A stretch of 63,710 nucleotides of DNA, the filler included, from Basidiobolus meristosporus CBS 931.73 (taxonomy: Eukaryota > Fungi > Basidiobolomycota), in NCBI GenBank assembly GCA_002104905.1. It is 3 parts of 3 records of this genome, joined end to end, with 100 filler letters (N's around TTAATTAATTAA, not from the genome) between each part and the next. Parts side by side here need not be neighbours in the genome. Positions count along the whole stretch, not along the records: positions 1 to 26,761 come from MCFE01000912.1; 2 more parts are not named here. The stretch is one strand, 5' to 3'. Within the stretch, counting starts at the first letter, position 1. Each line of letters begins with the position of its first letter. Position numbers and translations under genes: made by a program. This document shows, in pieces, positions 1 to 10,885 of this stretch. A model generated the notes under the pieces. It worked only from the letters and a program-made list of their open reading frames with translations. It did not search any database and was not told the DNA's origin.

Positions 1-308
1 GATCATACCAAGTATTTATTTTAAAAGTCACATCAAGGAGTATTGTCCTAAACTTTGCTGAGCAAGCTATCTTAATCTACCTGTAGTGCTCTGCACTCAG
101 CTGTTCTCTGACACAGTACATCTCAGCAAAAGAGACATACATTCCTTCTTGTATGCAACAGAAGTAACAGTGCTCAGAAGCTGAAAATGGGGGGACACAG
201 TATTAACACACCCAGATCCAGATACTATGCTGACCAAAAATACTCATCACCATGCCCCAGCACAAACTATTGCTGTTTTCTACTACCAGTTGCCAGTTAT
301 ATCACAAG

Positions 309-1310
309 TGTTGTATTTAAGAGAAAGGTGCAATAAAACTCTTGAATTGTATACATGAACCTAGGAGACCACTATGTGCAGAATCCTAGAATTGTCAGAG
401 AGTGGGGGAAATATCAACAGAGAGATTCTGGCCTAATATTGGTCTTGTATATAGATGGGCTTGGCTATAAAGGGAACAGAGTTAGTTTGCTATGCAAGCC
501 AGGCTTGGTATTCATGGGAGTGCTAGATATGCTAGGCTTAGGTAGAAACTGTTGTAATTATTAAGTTATCACCTAAATATTCATGATAAATTAGTCACAT
601 AGATCTTATTCTTTGACTAGCATTCTGTCCTGACCAAATCTCTTGTTGGGATTTACTTAGAATATCTTCACCAAAATACCAGGTACCCAGATTATGATTT
701 TTCTCAAAGTTGTCCAAAAGCCCCCAAACTTTGCACACATATCTTTGGGACCTTCCTTAACAAACTTTATATATTTTTTTGCTCTTCTTTATTGAAAGTA
801 TAAGTACCATACTTCTGATCCATAAATCTACAAGTGAATAACATGTACATCCTCTAGTTCTCCACATCACTTCCAATACTCCTCAGAATATTGCAACAGA
901 AACTAGAGTGGAATTGTTGATTTCTAAGTTGTGCTAAGACACAATCTTAATTTTGTTGAGATACACACTAAACCAAAAGGTTCAGTAATCGTTATTTACA
1001 CTTTTCTGGTGGGTATTTAGGTCCAAAAGACAGATGAAAATTGCATCATCAATTAGCCAATGCCTTGGCAACTGCATAGTGGTTGGAACAATCTCAGATG
1101 GCTAATCACTTGGAAATGCTCAGCAGATCAGTTGAGGATGTAATGGCAACATGAAAACTGATCAGGTATGACAGCTAAAAATAGATTGTGAGAAGTGTTA
1201 AAATAAACTACAGCTGGGATTAGTTGTGTTTGGGCTAGGGAAAATCATTTAGGGTCCTAGATTTTCTAACAGAGCAAAATTGGCTAAGTTTCAAATGTTG
1301 ATGCACAACA
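309..1310. mobile_element. Solo LTR, family D (TGTTGTA...CACAACA), interrupted by a family-B solo LTR
   Basis: TG...CA ends, flanks ACAAG (304-308) and ATAAG (1311-1315) form a one-mismatch 5-bp TSD. Homologous in inverted orientation to 21318-22016. Confidence 0.7.
550..898 (+). mobile_element. Solo LTR of copia family B
   Basis: Starts TGTTGTAA, ends CAACA, perfect TSD GAAAC (545-549, 899-903). The uninterrupted D-LTR copy near 21775 has a single GAAAC. Homologous to 48092-48440 and 50968-51317. Confidence 0.8.
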
Positions 1311-1352
1311 ATAAGTACCCCATAGTAAGTACAACCTGAGCTTAGTGGAATA

Positions 1353-1693
1353 TGTTGTAAGAGTCTTGAAGATGTTGGAAGAGATTGGGAAACAAATAGA
1401 CAATTGGGTCTCACTTGGTGATTTACTGAATGCAAAAGTAATATTTATACTTTCTCCTAGCCTTGGTCAACCCTATACACTGAGTAAGTAAGGAAGCTCC
1501 TGAGAGCATGTGTGTAAAGATTGGGGCTCTTTTAGCAACCTCAAGATTTCTGATATTCTGAGCACCTGATATTCTGGTGAAAATGTTCTAAATTTAGACA
1601 AAGGACTTAATTAGAATTCTCTGCACCATGTAGACAATGATCTCAGTGACTAATTTAGGTGTGCATTTAGGTGAAGCTGCAAAATTTGCAACC
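1353..1693 (-). mobile_element. Degenerate LTR of copia family B
   Basis: Begins TGTTGTAAGAGTCTTG like 50968 and 54980, with recognisable homology along its length. Right end approximate. Confidence 0.65.
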
Positions 1694-2607
1694 TATGATA
1701 TGATATGGATGCTAGAGGGATCTCCACTTACTAGTCTTATACCAGTAAAGCTGCAGTAAAGATTCTTGTTACATCATCAGGGGGCTCAATTCCATGATTT
1801 ATCTGCTGATCTAAGTGAAGGTAGAATAAATATTCCTTTGAGCTATCTACAAAGCTTATATTGTATGTAGAGAATAAAACTTTTGGCTGATTAGCTCTAT
1901 TTGGTTTGCCTGTAGAGAACCTGCAGTTCATAATTCAGCACTTAAACAGGGACAATAAATTTACCCATAACATTTGTGGATTACTATGAAAGTATTCACC
2001 TGGGGTTTAAGTAATATATCTCAGAAGCAGGAACTCCAAGTACCACTGTTGCCAAAGTTGCATATGAGGCTTTGGATACATATGTTTTTGAGATCTTCTC
2101 AAGCATCCTGCTGATGCTTTCTTTGCAAGGACACAGTAAAGTAACAGCTTCTCTCAAGCTTGATGTGTCATCAAGCAGAAACTGTGCAACCTGCAGGTTC
2201 TTTCAGCTATCCTCAGTGTCCTGAAGGTGCCAGAAATAATGATGGGCCATCAAGGCAATAGTGTTTCAATAAGTTGCAGGCATTAATGCCAGTATTATTT
2301 TAAAGGGAGCTAAGAGATGTGTCAGTTATAAAGGTACTCCTAACAGTAACACTACATAACACTTCTCCTTCAGCAAATGCCACAGTAATAGATTGTTGCC
2401 TGTGCCAAAGTATCAATGGGTGTATCTATTGAAAGATCTTGATCTTGGCAAACAATTACCAATGCTCAGGCTCACTCTGCATGAATACCAGAAGCATTAT
2501 GCAATTTCCTTTCAACTACAGCATAAAATCTGGTTGGTGCTGACTTGATATTTGGCATTGTAAGTCATCTGTAACAGTAAGGGTTAGGCATCCGATTGAT
2601 TAAGTGA

Positions 2608-2889
2608 TTGCAGACAAACAGCACAGCAGTGAGTGTTTGATTGAGCTTGGCAAGTACTGCCAGATGCCATGAGCCCTGCCTTGTAAGTGGCCATCCTGAC
2701 CCAACTGCCATATCCATTGGAGTTGGCAACACTTATAAAGATCCTATTTCCATTATAGGCTACAGCATATGCACAACACCGCCTGGTCATGGCTCCTGAA
2801 TTGTACCAACCAATGGTAGTGTTTTTGACAAGTGATAAAAGTCCCACCAAGGGCACTGGAGAGCAGAGGAGGCAAGTCAAGAAAAGCAC
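2608..2889 (-). pseudogene. Decayed copy of the 93-aa secreted Cys-rich peptide gene
   Basis: Aligns to 4864-5145 and 6315-6596. ATG changed to GTG, TAA to CAA (reads on to 2584), TATA box mutated, several Cys lost, most CpGs converted to TpG/CpA. Confidence 0.8.
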
Positions 2890-3989
2890 AATAGTGAACC
2901 AAGTGCAAGGAAGGGCGATGGGATGGTGGATGAATATACTTTAGCACTCTGTTGTTGCTTTTGTCATGACTACAAGGGTGCTGATCCATGCTTCCACATT
3001 ATTGATTGAGTGGATGATCCAGAGAAGTATAGGGTAATCACCAAGGTTTTAATAAATCCATGTCTGTTCTCTAGAACACTATTGAGGACAAGCAATCACA
3101 AGGGCATTAGTGAACACGGAGTCACAGTTTTGTTGATGCCCACGATGTCTACAGGTGAATGGAAGATGAGCGTGTGAGCATATATGGGAAAGATCTACGT
3201 TGCCAACATTGGTTCGGTGATACGATGCGCTTGAATTTGAGAATGGCAATTACGCCTGCTGATCTGCTTTTTTGGCAGTTACTTCCGTTGGCACCAGAGC
3301 CTATTGGTTCGCAGACAATAAGCGATTTAATGGAAGCAGTACAAATAGACTTCGTTGTGTTCTACACGTGTAGCGAATCCATCAATCTGTAGAATTCCAA
3401 GTAATTTCCTAATATACCGTTCATCAAAAGAACTGTGTATTTGATGTAACTATAGATAATACCGGCACTGATGAACCCTCCTCACTTGTGACATAACTCG
3501 ATTCTATTATCCAATTCATACTTGTAACAAATGAAGATATTATCGTGATTAGCTGAAGCACTTATTTTATAGCGGGCTCTTATCATTTTTGCTCCAAAGT
3601 CAAGCCCACACACCTGCACACCCAATCTTACTTACTCCGGCTCATATATAGCTGTATAAACCATGATATCCATCCGTATCAGCTGTAAATGGGATCATGC
3701 CAGAGATTGGTAGGCGTATTGGTCCAACACATCTCCATTTGAGTCAATATTCCCAGAGCCTATAAATGAATCATGTGCGCAGTAACAAGGTGTACGCCTT
3801 CGTATCAATATTCTAATGTGTGCAGTAATACTATCTAATCGTGCTACAAGTTAAGCCCGTACTACCGCTATCTACGACATCTAGATGGATCACTTGGGAA
3901 AGAGCATTCCACTAGTCTGCAATGGGAAAATGCTTACTCCCGGCATTAGTATATATAGCAGCCATTGCATGCGCTGATAAGTCAAGAAA

Positions 3990-4481
3990 ATGCAATTTAG
4001 CAGCAAGGGTGAGAATCTACTGAAGTCCATCGAGGGCCTATCGTTGCAACCGTACGATGATCAAAAGGGCCTGAGTTCGGCGCCAATCAAGAGCTGGGTT
4101 GCAGGAGCAACCATTGGGTACGGACACCTGATCCCCAGCGCTCAGTGGAGCAAGTACAAGAGCGGCATCACCAAGGCCGAGGCTGAAGCCCTTTTCCAAG
4201 CCGACCTCAAGCCATTCGTGCAGGCTGTCAACGATTCGGCCAAAGTGAAGCTCCAGCAGCAGTTTGATGCCTGCGTGCTTTTATGCTTCAACATTGGCGT
4301 TAGTGCATTCAAGACCTCCTCTGTAGTCAAGATCCTGAACGGGCAAACCACCAGCTACCCCTCCCTGGAAGCGGCCTGGAAAGCCTGGAACAAGAGCCAA
4401 GGACAGGTGAATGCTGGACTGGTCAACAGACGAAATGCCGAATGGAAAATCTATACACAAGGAATCTACGAGAAGTGGTAG
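3990..4481 (+). CDS. GH24 phage-type lysozyme/muramidase (163 aa), intronless, no signal peptide
   Basis: E15-x8-D24 and T41-IGYGH catalytic motifs, QFDAxVxLxFNIG, GLxNRRxAE C-terminal motif. TATATATA at 3950-3957 and AATAAA at 4515-4520. Confidence 0.93.
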   Translation: MQFSSKGENLLKSIEGLSLQPYDDQKGLSSAPIKSWVAGATIGYGHLIPSAQWSKYKSGITKAEAEALFQADLKPFVQAVNDSAKVKLQQQFDACVLLCFNIGVSAFKTSSVVKILNGQTTSYPSLEAAWKAWNKSQGQVNAGLVNRRNAEWKIYTQGIYEKW

Positions 4482-4863
4482 CTGATGATGTTAGTTGGAA
4501 TCCTAAAATGAGCAAATAAACATCCATCTGATTTCTGTGTTCATTGCCCTCCAACGAAGTACAATACATTTGCTGACATTATGATATAATCAGAAAGAAT
4601 TGGAATAACTCCACATGGATAATGATATCATTTTCCCCCTAATTCTTATATAGTGTTGTCGGTAATCCCTACTCCAAATGCACTCGTTGACTCATCTCTA
4701 TATAGGAAATCACGCATTGTGGAGAGGCTTGGATCTAAAATATAATTGGGCACACTATGCAATGTATGGACCCTTGCTAGTACTCAACAAGCATCCACAC
4801 GCTTTTCTAGATCCCTTAACCTACAATTCATTTATTACTTAGCACAACCGTAATATACGGTGA

Positions 4864-5145
4864 TTACAGACAAACAGCACAGCAGTGAGTGTTTGGTTGT
4901 GCTTGACATGTACCGCAAGATGCCGTGAGGCCAGCCTCGCAAGTGGCCATCCTGACCCAGCTGCCATTTCCGTTGGAGTCGGCAACACATCTGAAAATCC
5001 CATTTCCATTATAGCCCACAGCATATGTACAAGGCCGCCCGGCCATGGCTCCTGAATTGCACCCACCAACGATAGCGCTTTCGACAAGTGATAAGAGCCC
5101 CACCGAGGGCATCAGAGAGCAGAGGAGGCAAATAAAGAAACGCAT
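4864..5145 (-). CDS. Small secreted Cys-rich peptide, 93 aa, family 1 copy 2 (possible CBM19-like module)
   Basis: Hydrophobic N-terminal signal, 9 Cys in the mature part, TATAAA ~45 nt upstream (5190-5195), near-identical paralog at 6315-6596. Confidence 0.8.
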   Translation of the reverse strand: MRFFICLLCSLMPSVGLLSLVESAIVGGCNSGAMAGRPCTYAVGYNGNGIFRCVADSNGNGSWVRMATCEAGLTASCGTCQAQPNTHCCAVCL

Positions 5146-6314
5146 GATAGTGAACCAAGTGTAAGGAAGAGTGATGGGATGATGGACGATTTATACTGTG
5201 GCACTCCTGTTGTCCCTTTTCGACCTTAGTCATGGATACAAGGATGCTAATCCATGCTTAGTGCTAATAACTAAGGTTTGAGAAAATCCATATCTGCTCC
5301 CTAGAATACTATTCAGGACAAGAGGGGAGCGCACAGAAGTTTAGTGCTGCAGTAAGCGGCATTGTTCCTGCTTTTGATTTGCTACCCCTCATGCCGATAT
5401 TTGGTAATAGCTTAGCAACCGAAAACAGGCCATCATGCATACCATCCTGTAGTTGATTAGTAATAGCAATGCTGTAACAATACCGATGTACTGTTCAGCG
5501 TTGATTATGAGGATTTAGTAACAAGAGAGAAGGCACTAGTGGGTTTCTGTATAAAGAGACAGTTAGCTGCAGATGAATGAAAAATGGGAGCGTATATTGA
5601 ACAACGTATATGAAATAAACAAAAGTCAATATTTATTACGATTGGAAATATTCAGCCTGCAGTTTCGTTGGATTCAGTGGCTGTTGGTGCTTTTGCTCGC
5701 TACACAACCAAATCAAATCAATCAATCGGCATAATCATAAGTGGTTACCCGATGTTTCATTTGTCAACAGCTTTCAATTGATCCTGGTTGTATGTGAATA
5801 TAGGTAGATGTAGACACCAATGTACCCTCACTTTCTTGTTCATCCACAGCAATATCAATGCTGATGCTTCCAATTGAATTTAAACTTGCATTTTAGCGAC
5901 TTACACCCACTTCTCAGCTCATGCACATACTAGAGAAGAATACGGCTAAACTAACGGGTGTTAACCCTAACCTTAAGTCGACTTCAAGATACTAGGTTAG
6001 TGAAGCTGATTTCTGCGACATATTCTCCCCTTAACTCTTCGTAGCAGCAATAATACTCATGGTTGACCTCGTTGGCTTGATACCAAACATTGTAATTCTT
6101 GCTCTGAGCAGTCATGACCATACTGAGATGCATGTCAAATCTGCTAATCAAGCAGCTTTCAAAGAGAACATCAGAAATTTGAAGGGCCTCAAAATCTTGA
6201 GAATCGATTGATATGGAACTCACGCGCAATAATAGACTAAGAGTTGCTAACACTAAACAGGCGTGGTAATTACCAGATCTATTTATTACTAAATACAACT
6301 GTGATATATGGTGA

Positions 6315-6596
6315 TTACAGACAAACAGCACAGCAGTGAGTGTTTGGTTGAGCTTGACATGTACCGCAAGATCCCGTGAGGCCAGCCTCGCAAGTGGCCA
6401 TCCTGACCCAGCTGCCATTTCCGTTGGAGTCGGCAACACATCTGAAAATCCCATTTCCATTATAGCCCACAGCATATGTACAAGGCCGCCCGGCCATGGC
6501 TCCTGAATTGCACCCACCAACGATAGCGCTTTCGACAAGTGATAAGAGCCCCACCAAGGGCATCAGAGAGCAGAGGAGGCAAATGAAGAAACGCAT
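6315..6596 (-). CDS. Small secreted Cys-rich peptide, 93 aa, family 1 copy 3
   Basis: Differs from copy 2 at 2 aa, same TATA box near 6641-6646, several hundred nt of upstream homology shared. Confidence 0.8.
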   Translation of the reverse strand: MRFFICLLCSLMPLVGLLSLVESAIVGGCNSGAMAGRPCTYAVGYNGNGIFRCVADSNGNGSWVRMATCEAGLTGSCGTCQAQPNTHCCAVCL

Positions 6597-7160
6597 GATA
6601 GTGAACCAAGTGTAAGGAAGAGTGATGGGATGGTGGATGATTTATACTGTGGCACTCCTGCTGCCCCTTTTCGGGCATTTTCATGGATGCAAGGGTACTA
6701 ATCCATGCTTCCACATTACTGATAGAGTGGATGATCCAGAGAAGCATGGGGTAATTACCAAGGCTTTAGTGAATCCATGTTTGTTCCCTGCAGAACTACT
6801 GAGGACGAGAGCGCAGCGCACAGAAGAAGTCAAGTACAGCAGCAAGCGGGTTTATTCCAGCTCTGGATTTACCGACCATCCATGCGGATATTTGGTGATG
6901 GCTTAGCAGTCAAGAACAGGCCATCATGTACATTATACTCTAATTGCTTGGAATCAACAATGCTACTACAATAGCACTATTATAGTCACCAAAACTGATT
7001 CCTTCATTTCAATTCAATAATCATCTGACAAATAGATTTTATTAATGATTCTTACTCAATGAAAGTACAAAAATACTACTGGTTGATTGCATGTTGGCCG
7101 GTGACTATTGACATGAATTCAGGATCTAGCTAATATCAATCAATCGCCTGTGAAAGTCAG

Positions 7161-7400
7161 CTAATCGCTGCATTGAATGAGGGAGCATGACTTGCAGTTG
7201 GTGTAGTTGGGCCAGCCTTGGGCTTGGCATTTCACATTCTGGTCGGTGCACTGCACGGTGGTTCCGGAGACATAGCAAGATCTGGTACCGAGGGAGAGGG
7301 CGCTGGCACACTTCTGGGCGGAGGAGCCGCATTGAAGAGAGAACTGGGTGGCGCTGACGGCCAAGCCGAAGAAAGCGATGACAAGAGCAGCAGTACGCAT
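7161..7400 (-). CDS. Small secreted 8-Cys peptide, 79 aa, family 2 copy 1
   Basis: Signal peptide MRTAALVIAFFGLAVSA, C-x6-C-x10-C-x8-C-x6-C-x10-C-x2-C-x4-C, TATAAAA at 7462-7468. Confidence 0.85.
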   Translation of the reverse strand: MRTAALVIAFFGLAVSATQFSLQCGSSAQKCASALSLGTRSCYVSGTTVQCTDQNVKCQAQGWPNYTNCKSCSLIQCSD

Positions 7401-8264
7401 TAGTGTAGATGGAGTTGGAGCGTTGTAGGTGTTTGTGATGTCCGTAGGTACTGCGTTGATCTTTTATAACAGACAGCTTTAGTTGAGATACCGTAAAAAT
7501 GGAGTCGGACAGAGGATTCTGCACTTCTCCAGGTCACACTATCATGCGGACTATTTTTAGTGGCTGAGGAAAAGAGCCGGCTCGGCTTGATGAATTGATA
7601 GGCCTAGTCAAGCAAGGATTTTATGGACCACTATCCGCATTCTTAGCCCTGGGTTACGAGACATTACTCCATAAAGAACCTCACATCAAAATTGGTGATT
7701 GATAATGAAATGCAACGGTGTAAAGCCCCTGGCTGGAATGGCTGTATCCTAGCACCAGCCTTTGGTAAGTCGACCCAATGGAAAGCAAAAGGAAAGTGGG
7801 ATAAATCTCCGGTACAACTGAAAGGGCCAATAAGATTGATTGATTCGCTGGCGAGAGGTTACGCCACGAGTAAGTTCAGTAAGACTGTTACATCAGTATA
7901 GCGCAACCCATGAGTGGAAAATTGAAACAATCAATTCTCTGGTACAATGTCGATCTGACCCATATTAGTGAAATAGTACAAAATCATCAGAGATGTTTAA
8001 CAAGGTTATTGGTCCATGCTTATTATGAATTCCTTGACACAATTCCGGTCCATTCCATGCTTGAAAATGAAGTTGCACAAAACCTTATTAAACAACTAAC
8101 GAGATGCCTTCGTATTTTGTTTCATTTATTCACAAAGGTTGCTAGCTGACACTTTAAATTTGATGAAAATGCTGAATGATAACCGGGTTCAATCAGAATG
8201 ACCTGATGATGCTTGCCAGGTCAAGGTAGCCTCGGAATCGCATTCAGTCGCCAGTAAAAGCCAG

Positions 8265-8504
8265 CTAATCGCTGCATTGAATGAGGGAGCATGACTTGCA
8301 GTTGGTGTAGTTGGGCCAGCCTTGGGCTTGGCATTTCACATTCTGGTCGGTGCATTGCACGGTGGTTCCGGAGACATAGCAAGATCTGGTACCGAGGGAG
8401 AGGGAGCTGGCACACTTCTGGGCGGAGGAGCCGCATTGGAGAGAGAACTGGGTGGCGCTGACGGCCAAGCCGAAGAAAGCGATGACAAGAGCAGCAGTAC
8501 GCAT
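8265..8504 (-). CDS. Small secreted 8-Cys peptide, 79 aa, family 2 copy 2
   Basis: 3 nt differences from copy 1, TATAAAAA at 8565-8572. Confidence 0.85.
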   Translation of the reverse strand: MRTAALVIAFFGLAVSATQFSLQCGSSAQKCASSLSLGTRSCYVSGTTVQCTDQNVKCQAQGWPNYTNCKSCSLIQCSD

Positions 8505-9459
8505 TGGTATAGAAGAAGGTAGAACTTTGCAGATGTTCGTGATGACTAGAGGTGTCTTGTTGCCTTTTTATAGCAGATGGGCATATTCAAAAAACTGGAA
8601 AAACGAAGCGAATTGACCAGAGGATTCCCGCTCCGTAAGGTCGTACTAATGTCCACAATTAAGATACAGGAAAAATGGAGTAGGACAGAGTACTATACAC
8701 TTCTCCAGGTTACATTATCTTGCGGAGTATCTTCAGTTGTGTGTCCAGAATGCCTAATTGCTGAAGAAAAGAGCCGACTCGGCTTGATGGGGTTTGATAG
8801 GCGCAATCAAGCAAGGATTTCCACGACCACTATCCACAACCGATTTACGAGTTATTGCTTCATTACGATTCTCACTTCGGAGTTGGTAATTAATAGTGAG
8901 AAGTAACTATGCAAAGTCCCTGGCTGTAAAGGCTCAAGACTAGGCCTGGCCTACAGCACATCGACCCATTGAAGAACGTTGGGAAGGTAGGAGTAATATC
9001 CGGCACAACCGAAAGAGCAATAGCCGTCGAGAGTATAGAATGATTATCTGATGGGAAGTAGCGCCACTAGTAAGCTCAGTAGGATTTTTGTTTCGATTCA
9101 AATGCAATCCAGATGGAGCAGCCCATGAGTGGAAAATCGGAACAAATCAATTCTCAGGTACAACGTCGATCCATTCCATATCTGGAAGCGAAATAGTCCA
9201 AAACCATCTGCACTGTTCAAGTCATCCAGGTTAATAATTGATACTTACTACGGATTCTCAGGCACAATACCGATCTACTTCATATTGGCAAGTGAGGGTG
9301 CACAAAATCCAGAACTTGTTAAAACTAATGAAATATATTGAAATTTTATTTGATTTATTAAAAATGTTATAAGATAACCGCATTCTTTCAGATAGACCTG
9401 ATGATGTTTGCCAGGTCAACGTAGCCTCGGAACCGCATTCAGTCGCCAGTAAAAGCCAG

Positions 9460-9699
9460 CTAATCGCTGCATTGGATGAGGGAGCATGACTTGCAGTTGG
9501 TGTAGTTGGGCCAGCCTTGGGCTTGGCATTTCACATTCTGGTCGGTGCACTGCACGGTGGTTCCGGAGACATAGCAAGATCTGGTACCGAGGGAGAGGGC
9601 GCTGGCACACTTCTGGGCGGAGGAGCCGCATTGGAGAGAGAACTGGGTGGCGCTGACGGCCAAGCCGAAGAAAGCGATGACAAGAGCAGCAGTACGCAT
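9460..9699 (-). CDS. Small secreted 8-Cys peptide, 79 aa, family 2 copy 3
   Basis: Protein identical to copy 1, TATA at 9760-9767. Confidence 0.85.
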   Translation of the reverse strand: MRTAALVIAFFGLAVSATQFSLQCGSSAQKCASALSLGTRSCYVSGTTVQCTDQNVKCQAQGWPNYTNCKSCSLIQCSD

Positions 9700-10645
9700 T
9701 GGTATAGAAGAAGGTAGAACTTTGCAGATGTTCGTGATGACTAGAGGTGTCTTGTTGCCTTTTTATAGCAGATGGGCATATTCAAGAAGCTGGAAAAACG
9801 AAGCGAATTGACCAGAGGATTCCGCGCTCCGTATGGTCGCACCAATATGCATGGTACCGTTGGCTGTGTCGGGTATGTCTAGAATATGTCTTTATGTTTG
9901 ACGGAAATAGCTGATGCGGTTTGATTGGTAAAATCTCGCCAGCACAGCAAGAGATGTGACAATCGTTTACCACAAGTAATTACCACGGGCCATTGCTTCA
10001 CAAAGATCCTCCCATCAGAATATGTATTCACGAGTGGAAATCTGACAGAAACGGCTGACGACTAGGCCGAATCTACGTTAGTGCAACCTATTAGAGAATA
10101 CGAGAAATCGGATACAATATCCCGCAAAACTCGAAGTTCACTGGTCGTAAATAAAGCCGATTGGTTCACTGGCTTATATTGATATTGTCCACATAATCCA
10201 GATGGAGAAATACGTACACATAAACAGCAATAACCAACCAATCAATGCCCGGTACGGTGTGTGCAATTGAAGGTAAAAAATAATCCGAACTTTCATTTTA
10301 TCCAATTATTCGGCCAAATCGGCGCTGTAAAGGATTGATTTTATTTGTATGTAATAAATTTCAGTTTGGAAATAATTCACTTGCTGTTGTCCTGATCATG
10401 CCTGCATAATATATTCGGTTAGTGTCATCCTGTTATGTCTCACGAGAGTTAAGCCAACCGGGATAATGAGCAAAGGGTGAATCGTTTCTTTATTTATTAA
10501 GGTCACAGCTCCAATCCATGTGCAGTAATACTTGAAACTGTTGAAAATGTTGTGTAATAAAGGCGGTTCTCAACGAAAAAGTTCTGATGATGCTTGCCAG
10601 GTCAAGGTAGCCTCGGAATCGCATTCAGTCGCCAGTAAAAACCAG

Positions 10646-10885
10646 CTAATCGCTGCATTGGATGAGGGAGCATGACTTGCAGTTGGTGTAGTTGGGCCAG
10701 CCTTGGGCTTGGCATTTCACATTCTGGTCGGTGCACTGCACGGTGGTTCCGGAGACATAGCAAGATCTGGTACCGAGGGAGAGGGAGCTGGCACACTTCT
10801 GGGCGGAGGAGCCGCATTGGAGAGAGAACTGGGTGGCGCTGACGGCCAAGCCGAAGAAAGCGATGACAAGAGCAGCAGTACGCAT
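10646..10885 (-). CDS. Small secreted 8-Cys peptide, 79 aa, family 2 copy 4
   Basis: Protein identical to copy 2. Start placed at ATG 10885 by homology (ORF track extends to 11029), with a TATATAA box upstream near 10947-10953. Confidence 0.85.
   Translation of the reverse strand: MRTAALVIAFFGLAVSATQFSLQCGSSAQKCASSLSLGTRSCYVSGTTVQCTDQNVKCQAQGWPNYTNCKSCSLIQCSD

Noticed and set aside
2581-2588. Isolated GGGTTAGG / TAACCCTAACC words (2581, ~5961, ~17393)
   Set aside because: Not accompanied by the hairpin motif and short enough to occur by chance.
3990-4481. Bacterial contamination or prophage
   Set aside because: No neighbouring phage or bacterial genes, flanked by paralogous eukaryotic peptide genes, with TATA and AATAAA signals.
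7161-7400. Hydrophobin
   Set aside because: Eight Cys but no C2C3/C6C7 doublets.
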